A DNA stretch of 64,000 nucleotides from Octopus sinensis. Lineage: Eukaryota. Both the position numbers and the translations under genes were made by a program. Shown piece by piece: positions 41,318 to 55,414 of this stretch. Below the pieces are notes generated by a model. The model searched no databases. It was given only the letters and a program-made list of their open reading frames with translations, and had not been told where the DNA came from. Where the stretch lies: NCBI RefSeq assembly GCF_006345805.1, contig NC_043014.1, positions 52,080,001 through 52,144,000 of the forward strand, written 5' to 3'. Positions within the stretch are counted from its first letter, which is position 1. Each line of letters opens with the position of its first letter.

Positions 41318-41795
41318 GTTAGTTAGTTAGTTAGTTAATTTGGCTCAAAAGCAAATAGCAAGGCCATGTAGGGGGACATGGAGTTAAGTACAGGGTGGTG
41401 TTCATGTAAAGAGTTCAGGCCACTTGAGGTCCAGGGAGGCTTTGAACAAAGCGGTCGTCGGCATCTTCACCATCTCATCTGGCAGCTTGTTCCACGGATC
41501 CGCGACCCGGACGGAGAAAGCTCCTCTCCTTCGATTGAGATGAAATCGTCGCAGGTAGAGCTTTTCGGAATGACCCCGCAGCCGACGCTCCGGAGCAGGA
41601 GTGAAGAACAGCTCTTTCGAGAGGTTACACTTCCCGCTTATGATGTTGTGGGCGAGAATGAGATCACCACGGCGGCGGCGTTTTTCAAGAGAACAAAGGT
41701 CGAGCGTCCTCAGCCTTTCTTCGTAGGACAAATTTTTGAGACCATGAACCATGCGGGTAGCCAGCCTCTGGACTCTTTCGAGGTGCTGTATTGGA
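41318..41795 (-). mobile_element. 5'-truncated CR1-clade LINE 3' end with (TAAC)n tail
   Basis: QHLERVQRLATRMV...SYEERL...RRRGDLI...RGH...FSVRV..PWNKLP, open to the stop codon; tail gttagttag at 41318-41338. Confidence 0.9.
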
Positions 41796-42439
41796 ACTCC
41801 TTCCTTCTTTGTCTCAACGAAGCTCACTTCCCGGCCCGTATTTATTTATCCTTCAGTGATAAGAGGCAGTGTCGATGCTGTTTTTTGTGGTCTTTCGTGG
41901 TTGGTACTGGGGAAGTAGCAATGTCTCGTCTGGAGACGCATCACGAATGCTTACCACACATTGGAACCCACCTCTAGATGTCAGGTTAAAAGCGTGTAAT
42001 CGAGGTGACGATGTAAGTTCACCACTCCTATAAGCCATGTTGAGATTTGAAAAAGAACGGGACCGAGTAGGGTATAGAATCCGGTCTCACTTTTTAATGA
42101 GTCATACATTTCAGAACCGTATATGAGTGTAATAATTCATCGATCCCAGAAAGGAGAAAGCTGACATTAGTGGAATGTAAAAGTCAGAAGGCTTCATTTC
42201 TATAACACGCACTTCAAAATCAGGTCTGTGTGAGGAAAATAGTGATATCCTATTAAAAAGTGTTTTACTACGGCTATCAACGTGATGTTTTCGAATGATG
42301 GATGCATTAATGTATATGTAGGTGGTGCGTTGACCACTATAGGATAACATACAGACCTTGATTAAAACACCTTCTAGAGTATTATAAAGGAAATGACAAA
42401 AGAACGTTTTGGAATGTATATTATTACGTCTGGATGAGA

Positions 42440-42655
42440 TGACAAACTGGCAGAACCGTTAGCACACCGGATAAAATATTTGGCGACGTTTCATCCAGCT
42501 CTTTCCGTTCTGATTTTAAATACGCTGAGACCAATATTGCTTCTCATCCATTAATGGTCGATAAGATAAAGTACCATTCAAGTGCTGGGGCCAATTTAAT
42601 CGACATGTTCCTTTTGCTAAAACTGTTGGCCTTTGGACAGAATTTGAAGCCATTA
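42440..42655 (+). mobile_element. SINE family D, diverged
   Basis: Seen: ctggcagaaccgttagcac...ctcatccattaatggtcgataagataaagtacc. Confidence 0.65.
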
Positions 42656-43377
42656 TTTGATGTTAGATATTTAACCTTTTTCCTTTGTTGTATATGATTT
42701 TAAATAGTAACTAGCTTGTATGATTTTATTAGTCTTTCTTTGGCAGAAGAAATGAAGACTTTAATCTATAAAATTACAAAAAACACGCTCAAAAGAATTT
42801 TTTAAAAAATAAAAAAAACAATGGAGGTAAAAAGAAAAAAAAATGATTGAGTTGTCATTTGAAATTTATCAACTGATCAACGCAGATATTTACCATGAAC
42901 GAAAAATTTGGCATTATTTAGAAATAGTCTAGTTGCAAATTCATTCAGAGCCGATACTAACAAAGAGAATTGAGCATGCGATGTAATACCACAAGAGAGG
43001 AATTATAACTTCTAAGAGAAGTTTATCCTCTTGTCGCAAATAGCAAATAGTTATGGCGACAGAAAAGCAGACGTTTGCAATAAAGCATTTAGTTAGACAA
43101 CTGTTAGACTTAGCGTTAATTGAGGAGGAAAATCGACATTTTATGGACGTTAGCAGACGTTTAACGGAATAACCTCTAACATAGAGAAAATAGTGGAAAG
43201 CTGTTTTCATTTGTTAAATACCTCTTCTTATTTGATACTCCGACGAATAATTACATTTTTAGTGTTTCTCAAAGATATATTTACCATTTTTGTCTTTCTA
43301 AAGTTAAATAACTTGTACAATTGCCACACGACTAGAAGTTTACAAAAAGCATGCGTATTGACAAGATATATATATAT

Positions 43378-43422
<45 letters not shown>

Positions 43423-43433
43423 ATGTGTGTGTG

Positions 43434-43470
<37 letters not shown>

Positions 43471-44437
43471 ATGCATACCTACATACATACAGAAATATAT
43501 ACAAATATGTATACGTGTGAATGAATGTTTGTACGTAGAGTTTAAGCATCTATATATATATATATATAAATGTGTGTGTGATGGTGTGTGTAAGACGTGT
43601 GTTATATATATATATGTGTTAGGTGGGTATATGTGTGTAAGTACATTTATGTTCGTGTCCAAGTGTGCGCAAACGCGTGTGGGGTTATATTAATGCCATA
43701 CGTCCATGTCCTTGATTATGACCATGAACATTACTGAATTACACACGGCTCTCTAATAAGAATTATATACATACATACATGCATAGAGACATAAACTATA
43801 TACATATAATCACACACACAAAGTCCCACACTCGCACTAGTACACATATGCACACGCACACATACGCACATGTGTTTCCGTTTTATTTCTGGAGACTTGT
43901 TAATTGCACAATAACCATCTTACACTTCGCTCCAAAACGTGAGCACTTCCTTTCGGTTCCTCCAATTTCCTCTGCAGTGTCTTCTCCTTAGTATTACAAC
44001 CATTATATAGAGTAAGTACGGATTCGATGGCGGCGCCAACATCTTCCTGCGTAATAACGTAATAAAGCCAGAGTTGCTTCACAAAGGAAGGATTTTGACA
44101 TTAAGTTACATTTTTAAAAATTTTATTTATTTATTTTTGTGAGAGGGAGAGAGATATCAACGACATGAAAACAATGCTTAGCCGTGTGTGCCGATTCCAA
44201 TAAAAGGATATATCGAGTCGAAAGAAATAAAAAAGAAATAAAATATATAATTCAGATCAGAGACACAAGAATATATTATATATATATATATTATATATAT
44301 ATATGAAGAAAACCGGATTGTACAAAATTGGATGACATTTATAAAATCGGATAAGCGTTCAGTTGTGATTAGTACGATACAGACATAGAGTCTCTATGGT
44401 GTTGATTCCAATCTTTTTCTTCTTTCTCTTTCTCCCC

Positions 44438-44476
<39 letters not shown>

Positions 44477-44594
44477 TTTATATTCATATAAGTATATACT
44501 GCATATAAACACACGCGTGTTTCTACTTATATATATATAGTGAGAGATATGGAAATATCTCCATGCAGTAGCGTAAAGATATATTCTTGTACAG

Positions 44595-44658
<64 letters not shown>

Positions 44659-45149
44659 GACGGATAGAGGTAAAGGAAGAGAATAACTTCACCAACGATA
44701 GGGAGAGATATGGAAATTGACTCTTGAAACTAAATGAGTTCATATATGTAGGATTCGATATCCATTTCATAATAATGATGTATTTTTCTGACTTTCCGGT
44801 TTCTAAGTATGAAACTATATAGATTGAAGGATGTATTTACGGATATCAACGTCTACCTATTTCTATATTTCTCTCACTGACTATTTTCAGTATGTGAACA
44901 AGTTTCCTATGTCAGAGATAAACAGGATTCGAAGTTGATATTTGCTTTTCGAGGTTTACTATAATTTCTATTCATACTACGATGCATTACACTAATAGGA
45001 AACCAGCTCATTACTTAAGAATTACATCATATTATCGATCTTGAAGAAACGGAAGAAAAAAACTGACAACAGCGGAATTCGAACTCAGAACCTAACTAAA
45101 AGAGTGTTAGTAAATACTACTATGTTCCCGATGCTCTTTTATGTTTTAT

Positions 45150-45465
45150 TTTTACTTTCTTTTTATTTCTTCCAATTATTGGACTACGGCCATGCTGAGG
45201 CACCATCTTAAATATTTTAGTCGGAAAATGTTACTTATCTATTAAATGTTCGAATTATTCTATCGTTTTTCTGCCGAACCGCTAAACATGCACTTGTATA
45301 TATGTATACGACGGGTTTTCCCTCACAGTTTCCCTCTATCAACGTCCTTTACCAGAAAATTAGCCAACATGGGGCTTGCCGTAGAAGACACTTGCCTAAT
45401 GTGCTCCGATGTGGGCTCGAACTCGACCGAAACTACGAGTTTGGAAACCGAGTCCTTGAACCCCT
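45150..45465 (-). mobile_element. SINE family B, diverged
   Basis: Seen: ggactacggccatgctgaggcacc, gccgaaccgctaa, gtagaagacacttgcc. Confidence 0.65.
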
Positions 45466-46951
45466 CATTCCACGAATATAAAGCAAGTGGAAATAATTAT
45501 GAATTTCTGCCGGCGCTCCGAGATTGCCCAACATGATGTCGCTGTTGAGTATGATACACACACTATTTTTATTGCAGTTTTCTTTTCTTTAACTCTACAC
45601 CAAGTGTGATCAAGTAGGCTTGTGTTTCTTGTGATACTTACCATGAGTAATTTTCGCATAAAATATATCTTTTTACATCATTTTATCAAAAACCGCTTCT
45701 TAAAGAAATTTGTATCCTAAATGTCGGATTTTGCAATCTCCACAGTGACCGAAATCATTGATGTTATGATATTCTCCTCTTTTTATCATATATTTCACAT
45801 TTAAGAAGTTAATATAAAACATTCATTTATAAATTATTATCTTAAAAGGTCTGAGGTCGTAGATAAAATAGCATAAGCATAGGAGAATTATTGGAGAGTG
45901 TGCAAGAACGCTTTGACTACGTAGAACATTGGGAAATAACGATCACATTCCAATAATAATACACGAACCTTTCGGGCTTGTAGCAGCAGGCCAGGAGAAA
46001 AATATTAAAAAGTGTGAATCTTTTGCTCTACAACCTTTTATTGCCTGTCTACATATAGGGTTACAAATCATTGTAATGAACAACACGTCAACTATCTACC
46101 TATACACACACTCACGCGAACAAGCACACATACACACACAGACAAACATGTTATCTATATTTATATATAACATCAAGAGTTCTCGTAGTCAATAGCCTAG
46201 ATTAATTCAACAGCTAGATAGGGGGTAATGCAATAAATATCCTTGAAATGCAGTGATATGATCGCATAAAGTTTACTTGCAACCCGTGATGAAATTGTAC
46301 ATTAAACTGTTGAGTTTATGTGTCTATATATAACACGCACAGCAAGAGGGCTCTGCGAGACAAAAGTTAATGATGTATCAAATATCAGTTAGGGCCCAGC
46401 ATAATTATAATAGAAATATGTATCCATTAATATAATGGTAAACTACACTTCTGTTCCTCGATAAAATTGTTAATAACATGATTAAGGCAAACTCCGAACT
46501 CCTATATAATAGTATACAAGCCAATCGAAGCCAGAGGGAACATGAAAACCTAAGAAAACATACGCTTTAAAATATACACACGTCTATCATTTATATACAG
46601 CCGTCGATATATAACACTGTTTCTAGGGAAACAATATGGACATAAATATGGAAATAAATACCCATGTAGATATTTAGGCAGCAAGCAATGAAGTAGATAT
46701 CAGTAAATTCGTTTATGATATAGCGGGGTGTTATCCGCAAATAGGAATGAAATTGTATCGTAAAGATGGAACGGTCGTAAACTGCAAATATCTTAGGTTT
46801 CGATATAAAAGTCCCATCAAGCGTGCTCCTTTCTTATCCCAAATTAGATGGAGCATCTCATGTCAGGGAGAAGCTTAAGCAGAGCGAGGATTTTCTCGTG
46901 AAAAACGGCTAGAATCAACTTATCCTTGAACAAATACAAATTATATATATA

Positions 46952-46985
<34 letters not shown>

Positions 46986-47019
46986 CCTTACACGTATGTA
47001 TGTAGGGTCATACGATGCT

Positions 47020-47302
47020 CTGCCGTAAAATAGTTTACTTCCGAACCACGTGCCTTTGGGTTCAATCCTACTGTGCGGCCCGTTAGAAGTGTGCCTTCGA
47101 CTATAGACGCGGGCTTACCAATCAAATCCTTGTGACTGAATTTGGTAAACATAAACTGAAAGGAGACTGTTGTGTATGTACACATACACACACATTTATA
47201 TATATACATGCATATATATATGCATATATATGCATATATATATATGTATATATATATGTATATATATATGTATATATATATATATATATGTATATATATT
47301 TG

Positions 47303-47333
<31 letters not shown>

Positions 47334-47410
47334 CTGTGTGTGTGTTTAGCTCTCAAATGGACATGCCATTGATAATGTCGCAAACGATGTTGGCGGTGCA
47401 TTGACAAACG
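47020..47410 (+). mobile_element. SINE family B, diverged, with internal TA expansion
   Basis: Seen: gggttcaatcctactgtgcgg...ccttgtgactgaatttggtaaac. Confidence 0.6.
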
Positions 47411-48171
47411 AAGCTAACTTGTTTGATTGACAGAACGATTAATCAGTTGGTCATTTGGTTAAATTTTCGTGCATTTACTAATTATGTAATCAGAAGTGAA
47501 ACACAACCAGTGCCGGTTTTCAGTATCGGCATACCGACCCTCACCAGAAACAAACAAAATCTGTTTCAATAGACGAGCTCACATCGAGAATCTTTCAATC
47601 CAAATATAATCGCGAAACACTCACATATGTATATATGTGTGTGTGTGTGTGTGTCTGTCTGTGTGTATGTGTGTGTGTGTTATTCAATCTACTAAATTTA
47701 TACTCACGCAAGAGCCTCCTCCGTTTTGTATCAAATTGTCTTATTTCAACGCAAATCTGTTTTGAAAATCTCTCTTTACATAACTTCTGTAATGGTTTTG
47801 GCTGCCGTGAAAGTAATCAAAACCGTTATCTATTTTCATATATAAACTTTGACATTACTTAACTGAATGTAATCTTTCCGGAAGCGAAAACAAATGGAAT
47901 CTCTTTCATCTGCTATCGAAAGTTAACCTATTATTTTCCTCAAGTAATGTAGCTGAGAAAAGGTTGATTTGGTTTTTGGCTTTCCGTTTTGGTTTTCATC
48001 TTACAGTAAATCACTTACTTATTCAAAACTGCACGAGGTACTCTCTAAGTGATCTTTCAAATCGCTCGAAATAGCAGCTATATTGCCTCTTGAATATAAC
48101 GCTACCGTGTTTAAGACTAAATAGTGTAGATGATATTGGATAACGTAGTCAGCAAAGCAATAACAACACTA

Positions 48172-48603
48172 AGAATAATCGTTTATATACGAGGTAAAGG
48201 GCCTGAAATTTGTGGGGAGTGAGGGGACTAACGGATTTCATCGAACCCCGGGATTCCCTGTTGCTTATTTTATTGACTTCGAAAGGGATGAAAGGCAAAG
48301 TCGATCTCAGCGAAATTTGAACTCACAACGTAAAGACGGACAAAATGCCGCGTGCTAATAATTCTGCCAGCTCGCCGCCTTAACGAGAACAGTCATACTG
48401 TTTTCAAATTTAGTAGGAATTTTGAGGGAGCTAATGAGTCGAATACGTCGATCCAAGTGTTCAACTGGTCCTAATTTTATCGACACCGATAGGATGATAG
48501 AATTTTGACCTCGGCGAAATTTGAACTCAGAACGTAGCGACGGGCGAAGTACCACTAATCGTTTCGCCCAGGGTGCTAACGACTCTGCCAGCTCACCGCC
48601 TTC
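48172..48603 (-). mobile_element. Two tandem SINE family D copies
   Basis: Seen twice: gaaatttgaactca.aacgta...ctgccagctc.ccgcctt. Confidence 0.8.
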
Positions 48604-48661
48604 CTGTCAGCAAACACATTACAAAATTGGTACGTAATTTATCGACGCCGGTGGAACAACT

Positions 48662-49123
48662 CTCGAAAGAGTCCAGAAGCTGGCTACCCGCATGGTTCTT
48701 GGTCTCAAGAATTTGTCTTATGAAGAAAGGCTGAAGACGCTCGACCTTTATTCTCTAGAAAAACGACGACGCCGTGGTGATCTCCTTCTTGCTCACAACA
48801 TTATAAGCGGAAAGTGTAACCTCTCGAAAGAGCTGTTCTTCACTCCTGCTCCAGAACGTTGGCTGCGTGGTCACTCCAAAAAGCTCTATATGCGTCGATT
48901 TCATCTCAATCGAAGGAGAGGGGCTTTCTCCGTCCGGGTTGCGAATCCGTGGAATAAGCTGCCGGACGAGATGGTGAAGATGCCGACGACTGCTCGGTTC
49001 AAAGTCTCCCTTGACCACAAGTGGCCTGAACTCCTTACATGAACACCACCCTGTACATAAATCCATGTCCTCCTACATGGCCTTGCTTTTTGCTTTTTGA
49101 AGCAAAAAATTAACTAACTAACA
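48662..49123 (+). mobile_element. 5'-truncated CR1-clade LINE 3' end with (TAAC)n tail
   Basis: ORF 48692-49042 is nearly identical to 41402-41827; tail taactaactaac. Confidence 0.9.
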
Positions 49124-49616
49124 AGGGCAACAACACCAATAATAATAATAATTAATAATAAAATGATACCAGGCTTACCATCCCTACAGGAATTGCAAAA
49201 AATCGTGTTAACTGCAACGACTCATGTAATAAGAAGAGCATTATCGCTATGAAAATAGCATCCATTGATGAATTTATTTATTTATTAATTCTTTAAATAC
49301 ATACTTTACCTGTGAATTTGCGTGCATAATCTGGGAATGCATACAATGAGCTTCTCTGCCTTAGGTGTACGGAAAACACTCGGCAAGAAATGGAAGAACA
49401 TTTGGAAAAAAGGTATTTTGGAAAAGAAGGAATATAATAATAATAAATTGATAATAATCGTTTTCTAATTTTGGTACCAAACCATCCATTGTGAGGGCGA
49501 GGTAAAGTCGTTAACATTGATCCCAGTACATAATTATTTCTTTATTTTAACGCCCCCCCCCCCCAGGAAAGAAAAGTAAAGTTGAGTTCGATATGATTTC
49601 AATTTGGAACGTAATG

Positions 49617-50006
49617 GATTGGAAGCACTCCGTCGGTTACGACGACGAGGGTTCCGGTTGATCCGAATCAACGGAACAGCCTGCTCGTGAAATTAGGGTG
49701 TAAGTGGCTGAGTACTCCACAGACACGTGTAGCCTTAACGTAGTTCTCGGGGATATTCAGCGTGACACAGAGAGTGACAAGGCCGGCCCTTTGAAATACA
49801 GGTACAACAGAAACAGGAAGTAAGAGTGTGAGAAAGTTGTGGTGAAAGAGTACAGCAGGGATCACCACCACCCCCTGCCGGAGCCTCGTGGGGCTTTTTA
49901 GGTGTTTTCGCTCAATAAACACTCAGAACGACCGGTCTAGGAATCGAAACCGCGATCCTATGACCGCGAGTCCGCTGCTCTAACCTCTGGGCCATTGCGC
50001 CTCCAC
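49617..50006 (-). mobile_element. SINE family A, full length with 13-bp TSD, nested in a family D remnant
   Basis: TSD ttggaacgtaatg at 49604-49616 and 50007-50019; tRNA-like head with A and B boxes. Confidence 0.9.
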
Positions 50007-50384
50007 TTGGAACGTAATGCAGCCAGGTAGGATTTTCAACGTAAAGAGCCGGAAAACCCAGTAAAATGGAGGAGATGAGGTCAGCGTTATCTACTATTGT
50101 CTTCAGCTCCAAACTGCTGCGATAAATGCGATAAATTATTTTTATTAAGACACATCAGGGAAGAAGTTCAGTTGGATTCGATTATGTAACAGCGATGTAG
50201 AAAATACGTCACGACTTTTTTTCGAAAATTTACTTTCTATGTTCGAAACCTACCGCGTTCATTAATGATTTCTAACGGCCCTGAGGCAATAAAATATAGT
50301 CCCCGTTGATACATCTTCAAGGTAATCGACCGATCCTCACTGCAGAATTAATATGTAAAGGAATTTACATTCATTGTATTTTGG

Positions 50385-50592
50385 CTTTTATTTGATCAGT
50401 CATTGGGGCAAGTCTCTGAAGGGTTTCTTCTTGAACAAGTCGAGATTCGCACTAATAATTTTTTTAAAGCCAGGCAATTACTTTATCGGTCCATTCTGCA
50501 GAACCGCTAAGTTACAGCTTCGTACACAAGCCAACACCGGTTATCAAGTGGTGGTAAGGGGCATGCTCACACGAACAAACACTCACAAACGC

Positions 50593-50636
<44 letters not shown>

Positions 50637-50846
50637 TCACACATATATATATACACTCACACACACACACACATATATATACATATATACATATACACAC
50701 ACACGTATATACATATACACATATATATAAATACACATACACACACACATATATATATATACACATATATATAAATACACATACACACACATATATATAT
50801 ATATATATACACATATATATAAATACACATACACACACACACACAC

Positions 50847-50890
<44 letters not shown>

Positions 50891-51100
50891 CACATACACA
50901 CATATATATATATACATATGTATACACGCGCACACATCCACAAACTCACACAGGGTTTCTTTCAGTTTCCATTTAACAAATCAACGCACCTGGTTTCGGT
51001 CAGATCGATGCTATAGCTGAAGACACCTTCGCCTGGCGGAATGTGGTGAGTGTTAACCTGCAACCACATAGTTGAGAAGCAAACTACTTATTCTTCACCC
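50385..51100 (-). mobile_element. Diverged SINE family B with large internal microsatellite
   Basis: Seen: gaaccgctaagttac...aacaccggttatcaagtggtgg; gtttctttcagtttcc...aaccacatagttgagaagc. Confidence 0.65.
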
Positions 51101-52284
51101 CGCCTACTTCTATTTTCATGGAATGCCAGTCTTTTGCGTTATGGTTATTATTACAAGTTAATACCAGACTTTCGCGTTATGGTTTCATATTCTACCGCTG
51201 ACCACACTATTTTGTGCATCTGAGACCGACGCATTTATGCACCAGTCATCCACTGCATTTTACGTAATCTAAAAAAAAAAAAACGCTATCAAATTTCCGG
51301 CTTTGATACCAAAAAAATACTAATTAAATGATCTTCAATGTCTATCATTTCATAATTAGTTGGTTACCAGTTACTATTAATTTCTTATCGAATGTATTTC
51401 ATTCTGCATATAAGGAATTACTAGCACCGATCTGTAATTTATTTCAAAATCTCGCCTGAATAAATTTTTCGCAAAATTTAATCTCAAGTATTTATAATCT
51501 TCTTCTCTATGATCGAAAGATATCAGATGTCTAGACATTTTGAATAAATTATTCACACGAAAGAAGAAGAGTTTATAATCATTACAATTTTATATCAGTT
51601 GAAAAATAAATAACGATAAAACATATACACGTTGAAACGCAATCAAAATTACGTATAATCGCCCACATACACACAGGAACATACACACACAGATGTATAT
51701 TTATAAGTGTTTATGAGTGTGCGTATGTGCTTTTGTATATCAAAAGAGAAGTCTCGTGGTCTAATTGTGTAGGACATTATGCGTATGATCTCGGGATGGT
51801 GGGTTCGAAACATGGTGCGGCCTGTGTGCTGTCGCATTTGACCAAAGCGTTCCATTTTTTTTTCGCCGTTCAAGTTTACTCAGCTGAAAATAACTTTAAC
51901 GCGCTGACCTCTGACTCAAGTGTGAGACCTATTGGTTATCTGTGCATACCTGCTCGCAACAAAATTATTTTTAATTAAGATACAAGATCAGGAATCCTAA
52001 TTGTAAGGTGTAGATCGATGGCTTCGGAACTGATAGTTGAAATGCAGTTTGATTTATTCCGCACCCACAAAACGATGAAAGGCAAAAAAGACCCTAACGG
52101 GAACTGTTACACACACACACACTTTTTTCTTTTATTCTTTTACGTGTTTCAGGCATCTGACTGCGGCCATATTGGAGCACCGTCTTTAGTCGAAAAAGTC
52201 GTCCCTAGGACTTATTCTTTGTAAGATAAGTGTTTATTCTATCGGTCTCTTTTGCCGAACTATTAAAAATATGGCGACGTACGT

Positions 52285-53030
52285 ACACTTTCGTCTCTGA
52301 TATGTAAGTGTTGTATTCACTTGAAGTTGTGAATGGTGCCGAGCCCTGTTGGGGGATTCCAGGTTCGTCCTGAGAGTTTATTTCAGCTGTCAGGATGTCG
52401 TTAATGTATCACTGAGTGTTAATTTTAACACTCAAAGGCACAAAAACTTGGGAAGACCTCGCATTGGCTGTCACAGCTAGCCAAACCATAAATAATTTCG
52501 ATGTCGATTTACAAGTCTACCCTCGACGGAGCCAGATACTCAACAAAGTATGTTATTCTGATGGTTTACTCTGGTTTCGATGTCAAATATCTTTTCATCA
52601 GTGAACACCAGGTTGGGCAGCGTGCCTTCAGCAATCTGACGCAGGATAACACGACTTCTCTCCAGTGCAAGGTTCTTATAAACTTACGTAAGCTCATGGC
52701 AAAGGATCATGTTTTTGGGGTGCGTCTTGAGAACCTCCTTCAGCACTCGATACTTCAACGTTCGGCTTGATTTGCCGTGGTAGCCAGATTTCTGCAGGAA
52801 CGACGAGGTATACGCATTATATTTTCTCTAGTAATTTTGATAAGCTGGGGCCCTGCACACTACTTTTTCGGCCATATCAAAGTCAATCATTGGTGGAGCC
52901 AGTCTCTTGAAATTTCTTGACAATTTTCCAGACTGTCTTTCGATTAATTCTAAGCTTCTTTTTTTTCTACAGCTGTATTACCTTCGCGTCCTCTGTGGAC
53001 GGTTAGGGTTGTATTTCTGTCTATAGGCAT
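52285..53030 (-). pseudogene. Decayed Tc1/mariner-superfamily transposase (probably maT/DD37D-like)
   Basis: Minus-strand pieces from ATG at 53030: INRKTVWKIVKKFQETGST (HTH), PNLVFTDEKIFDIE (first catalytic D), MVWLAVT, FVPLSVKINTQ, YINDIL, QQGSAP (QQDxAP-like); frameshifted. Confidence 0.8.
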
Positions 53031-53229
53031 TATCTATTTTATAAATTTCAATTTGTTTAGTCTGAAACAAAAATAAGACACACTTCTATTTTATAATCAT
53101 GCGTAAATTCCATATCACATTTATTGAAGGTAATATAAGTATATATATACATAGACACATATGCATATATCGTTCAAATGTATATATAAATGTATATATA
53201 CATTCACATATATATGTATATGTGTATGT

Positions 53230-53313
53230 ATTCTATATACATAAATAGATATATGCATTTATACATACATATAATTATACTTATACACACATATGTATGT
53301 GTGTGTATTACAG

Positions 53314-53364
<51 letters not shown>

Positions 53365-53566
53365 ATAATATATATTTATATATACATAAATAGATATATG
53401 CATTTATACATACATATAATTACAATTATACACACATATGTATGTGTGTATTACAGAAATATATATATATATATTATATATATTTATATATATATATATA
53501 TATATATGCATTTATACTACATATAATTACAATTATACACACATATGTATGTGTGTATTTACAGAA

Positions 53567-53600
<34 letters not shown>

Positions 53601-53695
53601 TATATTTATATATACATAAATAGATATATGCATTTATACATACATATAATTACAATTATACACACATATGTATGTGTGTGTATTTACAGAAATAT

Positions 53696-53726
<31 letters not shown>

Positions 53727-53800
53727 CATAAATAGATATATGCATTTATACATACATATAATTACAATTATACACACATATGTATGTGTGTGTATTACAG

Positions 53801-53843
<43 letters not shown>

Positions 53844-53930
53844 TTTATACATACATATAATTACAATTATACACACATATGTATGTGTGGTATTTACAGA
53901 AATATATTATATATATATATATATATATAA
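53230..53930. repeat. Minisatellite: about six units of ~55-70 bp, each followed by variable (TA)n
   Basis: Unit gcatttatacatacatataattacaattatacacacatatgtatgtgtgtattacagaaat. Confidence 0.9.
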
Positions 53931-54439
53931 CGTTTAATGTGAAGATTCAATCAGAGGTTTGGTGTATTAAACCGGGGAATGCTCAGTAAAGAGTCTTTCT
54001 GATTATATTTATTAAATTTTCTCTAATGGACCAGCATTTCAAAAGAAATATCGTTATCACTTTCGAGATAAAATCACGGACTCCCTCAAGCTACAATTTG
54101 ACGTAAACGCGATTAAGTACGGGTCTTGGAAGAAAGGGGTCAGAAGAGGTTATATTTAACGGTAACTTAACATTCACATTATATGCATTGAAACGTGGAT
54201 TGAAGTACTTACTTGACAATGCGTTAAGGTTTTCATCAACACAAAATCAACGAGTTAGGGCATATGGCAATGACGAAGTCGTGACACTTGAGGCAACAAC
54301 AGCATACTTAGAAATGGACAGCATGATGAGAAGTTATACAAAGTTGCACATAACGATGTTCAAATGTAATTAATGTAAGATTGCGATTGATAATTTTAGA
54401 TTATTAAAAGGGAAAGTGGATATACATGTATACATAAAG

Positions 54440-54730
54440 TCAAAGCGTCGGGATCACAATCATGATGTAGTGGGTTCGACTCGTGGACCAGGTTGTGTTG
54501 TGAGTTTGATCAAGACACTAACTGATGTCGCTTTAGTTCCGTTAGCAGTATAATTGTGTTGTGACGTCACTGGTGCCAAGCTGTGTGGCCCTTTGCCTCA
54601 CTCTTGGATAGCGTCGAAAGCGGAGGCTGGTATGCATGGTCGACTGCTAGTCTTCCCAAAAAAACCTTCCATGTATTTTGCATCGTAGTGTAGTTTTCTA
54701 GGTGCAGTACGATGCTCATTCATGATCGAA
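54440..54730 (+). mobile_element. SINE family C, diverged
   Basis: Seen: gggttcgactc...gacgtcactggtgccaagctg...ggctggtatgcatgg. Confidence 0.75.
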
Positions 54731-54752
54731 GTGTCTCTATACCACACACACG

Positions 54753-54790
<38 letters not shown>

Positions 54791-55163
54791 CTAGCAGTAT
54801 CGCCCGGCGTTGCTCAGGTTTGTAAGGGAAATAACTATAAAGCATTTTTAGAGAGTTATAGCCAAAAAATAGAAAAAAAATGATGGTAAATTTTTTTTCA
54901 GAGTTAAAAAAGGTGGAGTTGCGTCCCCTAGACGGTCTGTGGTTTGGGTTTCTGATTCTTGACCCCATGTCGAATTTATCGATTTTTTTCAGAACTGGGG
55001 GAACTTTTCAAAATTTTCGCTGCGTTAGTTTTGAATTATGACATTGGGCTATGTGTGTGTCAAGTTTCATCAGAATCGGTTGAAAGCCGTGGTCAGAGTG
55101 AGGGTACGAGAAAACAGACACACAGAAAACGCACAGACAAACTGCCGTTTATATAGAGAGAGA
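54791..55163 (-). mobile_element. Non-autonomous Helitron
   Basis: Minus strand: starts TCTCTCTCTATATAAA, ends cctgagcaacgccgggcgatactgCTAG at an A|T site; 3' end shared with 34516-34898. Confidence 0.8.
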
Positions 55164-55312
55164 TACCGGAGTAAACACATAAATGTGAAACAAGGTGGAA
55201 AAAAGAGTACTCAAATACCAGTGGTAGAGTAATATGCTTTATTTAAAGCAGCAGAAAATTCAACAAAACAAAATTCAGAGTAACAGGTTTTGTTGAATTT
55301 TCTGCTGCTTTA

Positions 55313-55317
<5 letters not shown>
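55164..55317. mobile_element. 'taccggagtaa' family fold-back element, hammerhead core deleted
   Basis: Seen: tatttaaagcagcagaaaattcaacaaaac paired with gttttgttgaattttctgctgctttaaata. Confidence 0.7.
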
Positions 55318-55360
<43 letters not shown>

Positions 55361-55414
55361 TATATAGTAGAAATATGTTACGAAAAGAAATATAAAATAC
55401 ACGTGGAAATGTAA

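Noticed and set aside
41378-41977. 199-aa plus-strand ORF (and 48755-49066 minus)
   Set aside because: Antisense shadow of the CR1 ORF2 fragment.
53230-53930. CRISPR-like repeat/spacer appearance
   Set aside because: Spacers are only (TA)n, the context is eukaryotic, and no cas genes are present.
53930-54110. Another possible hammerhead-bearing PLE remnant
   Set aside because: Too decayed; stems could not be paired.
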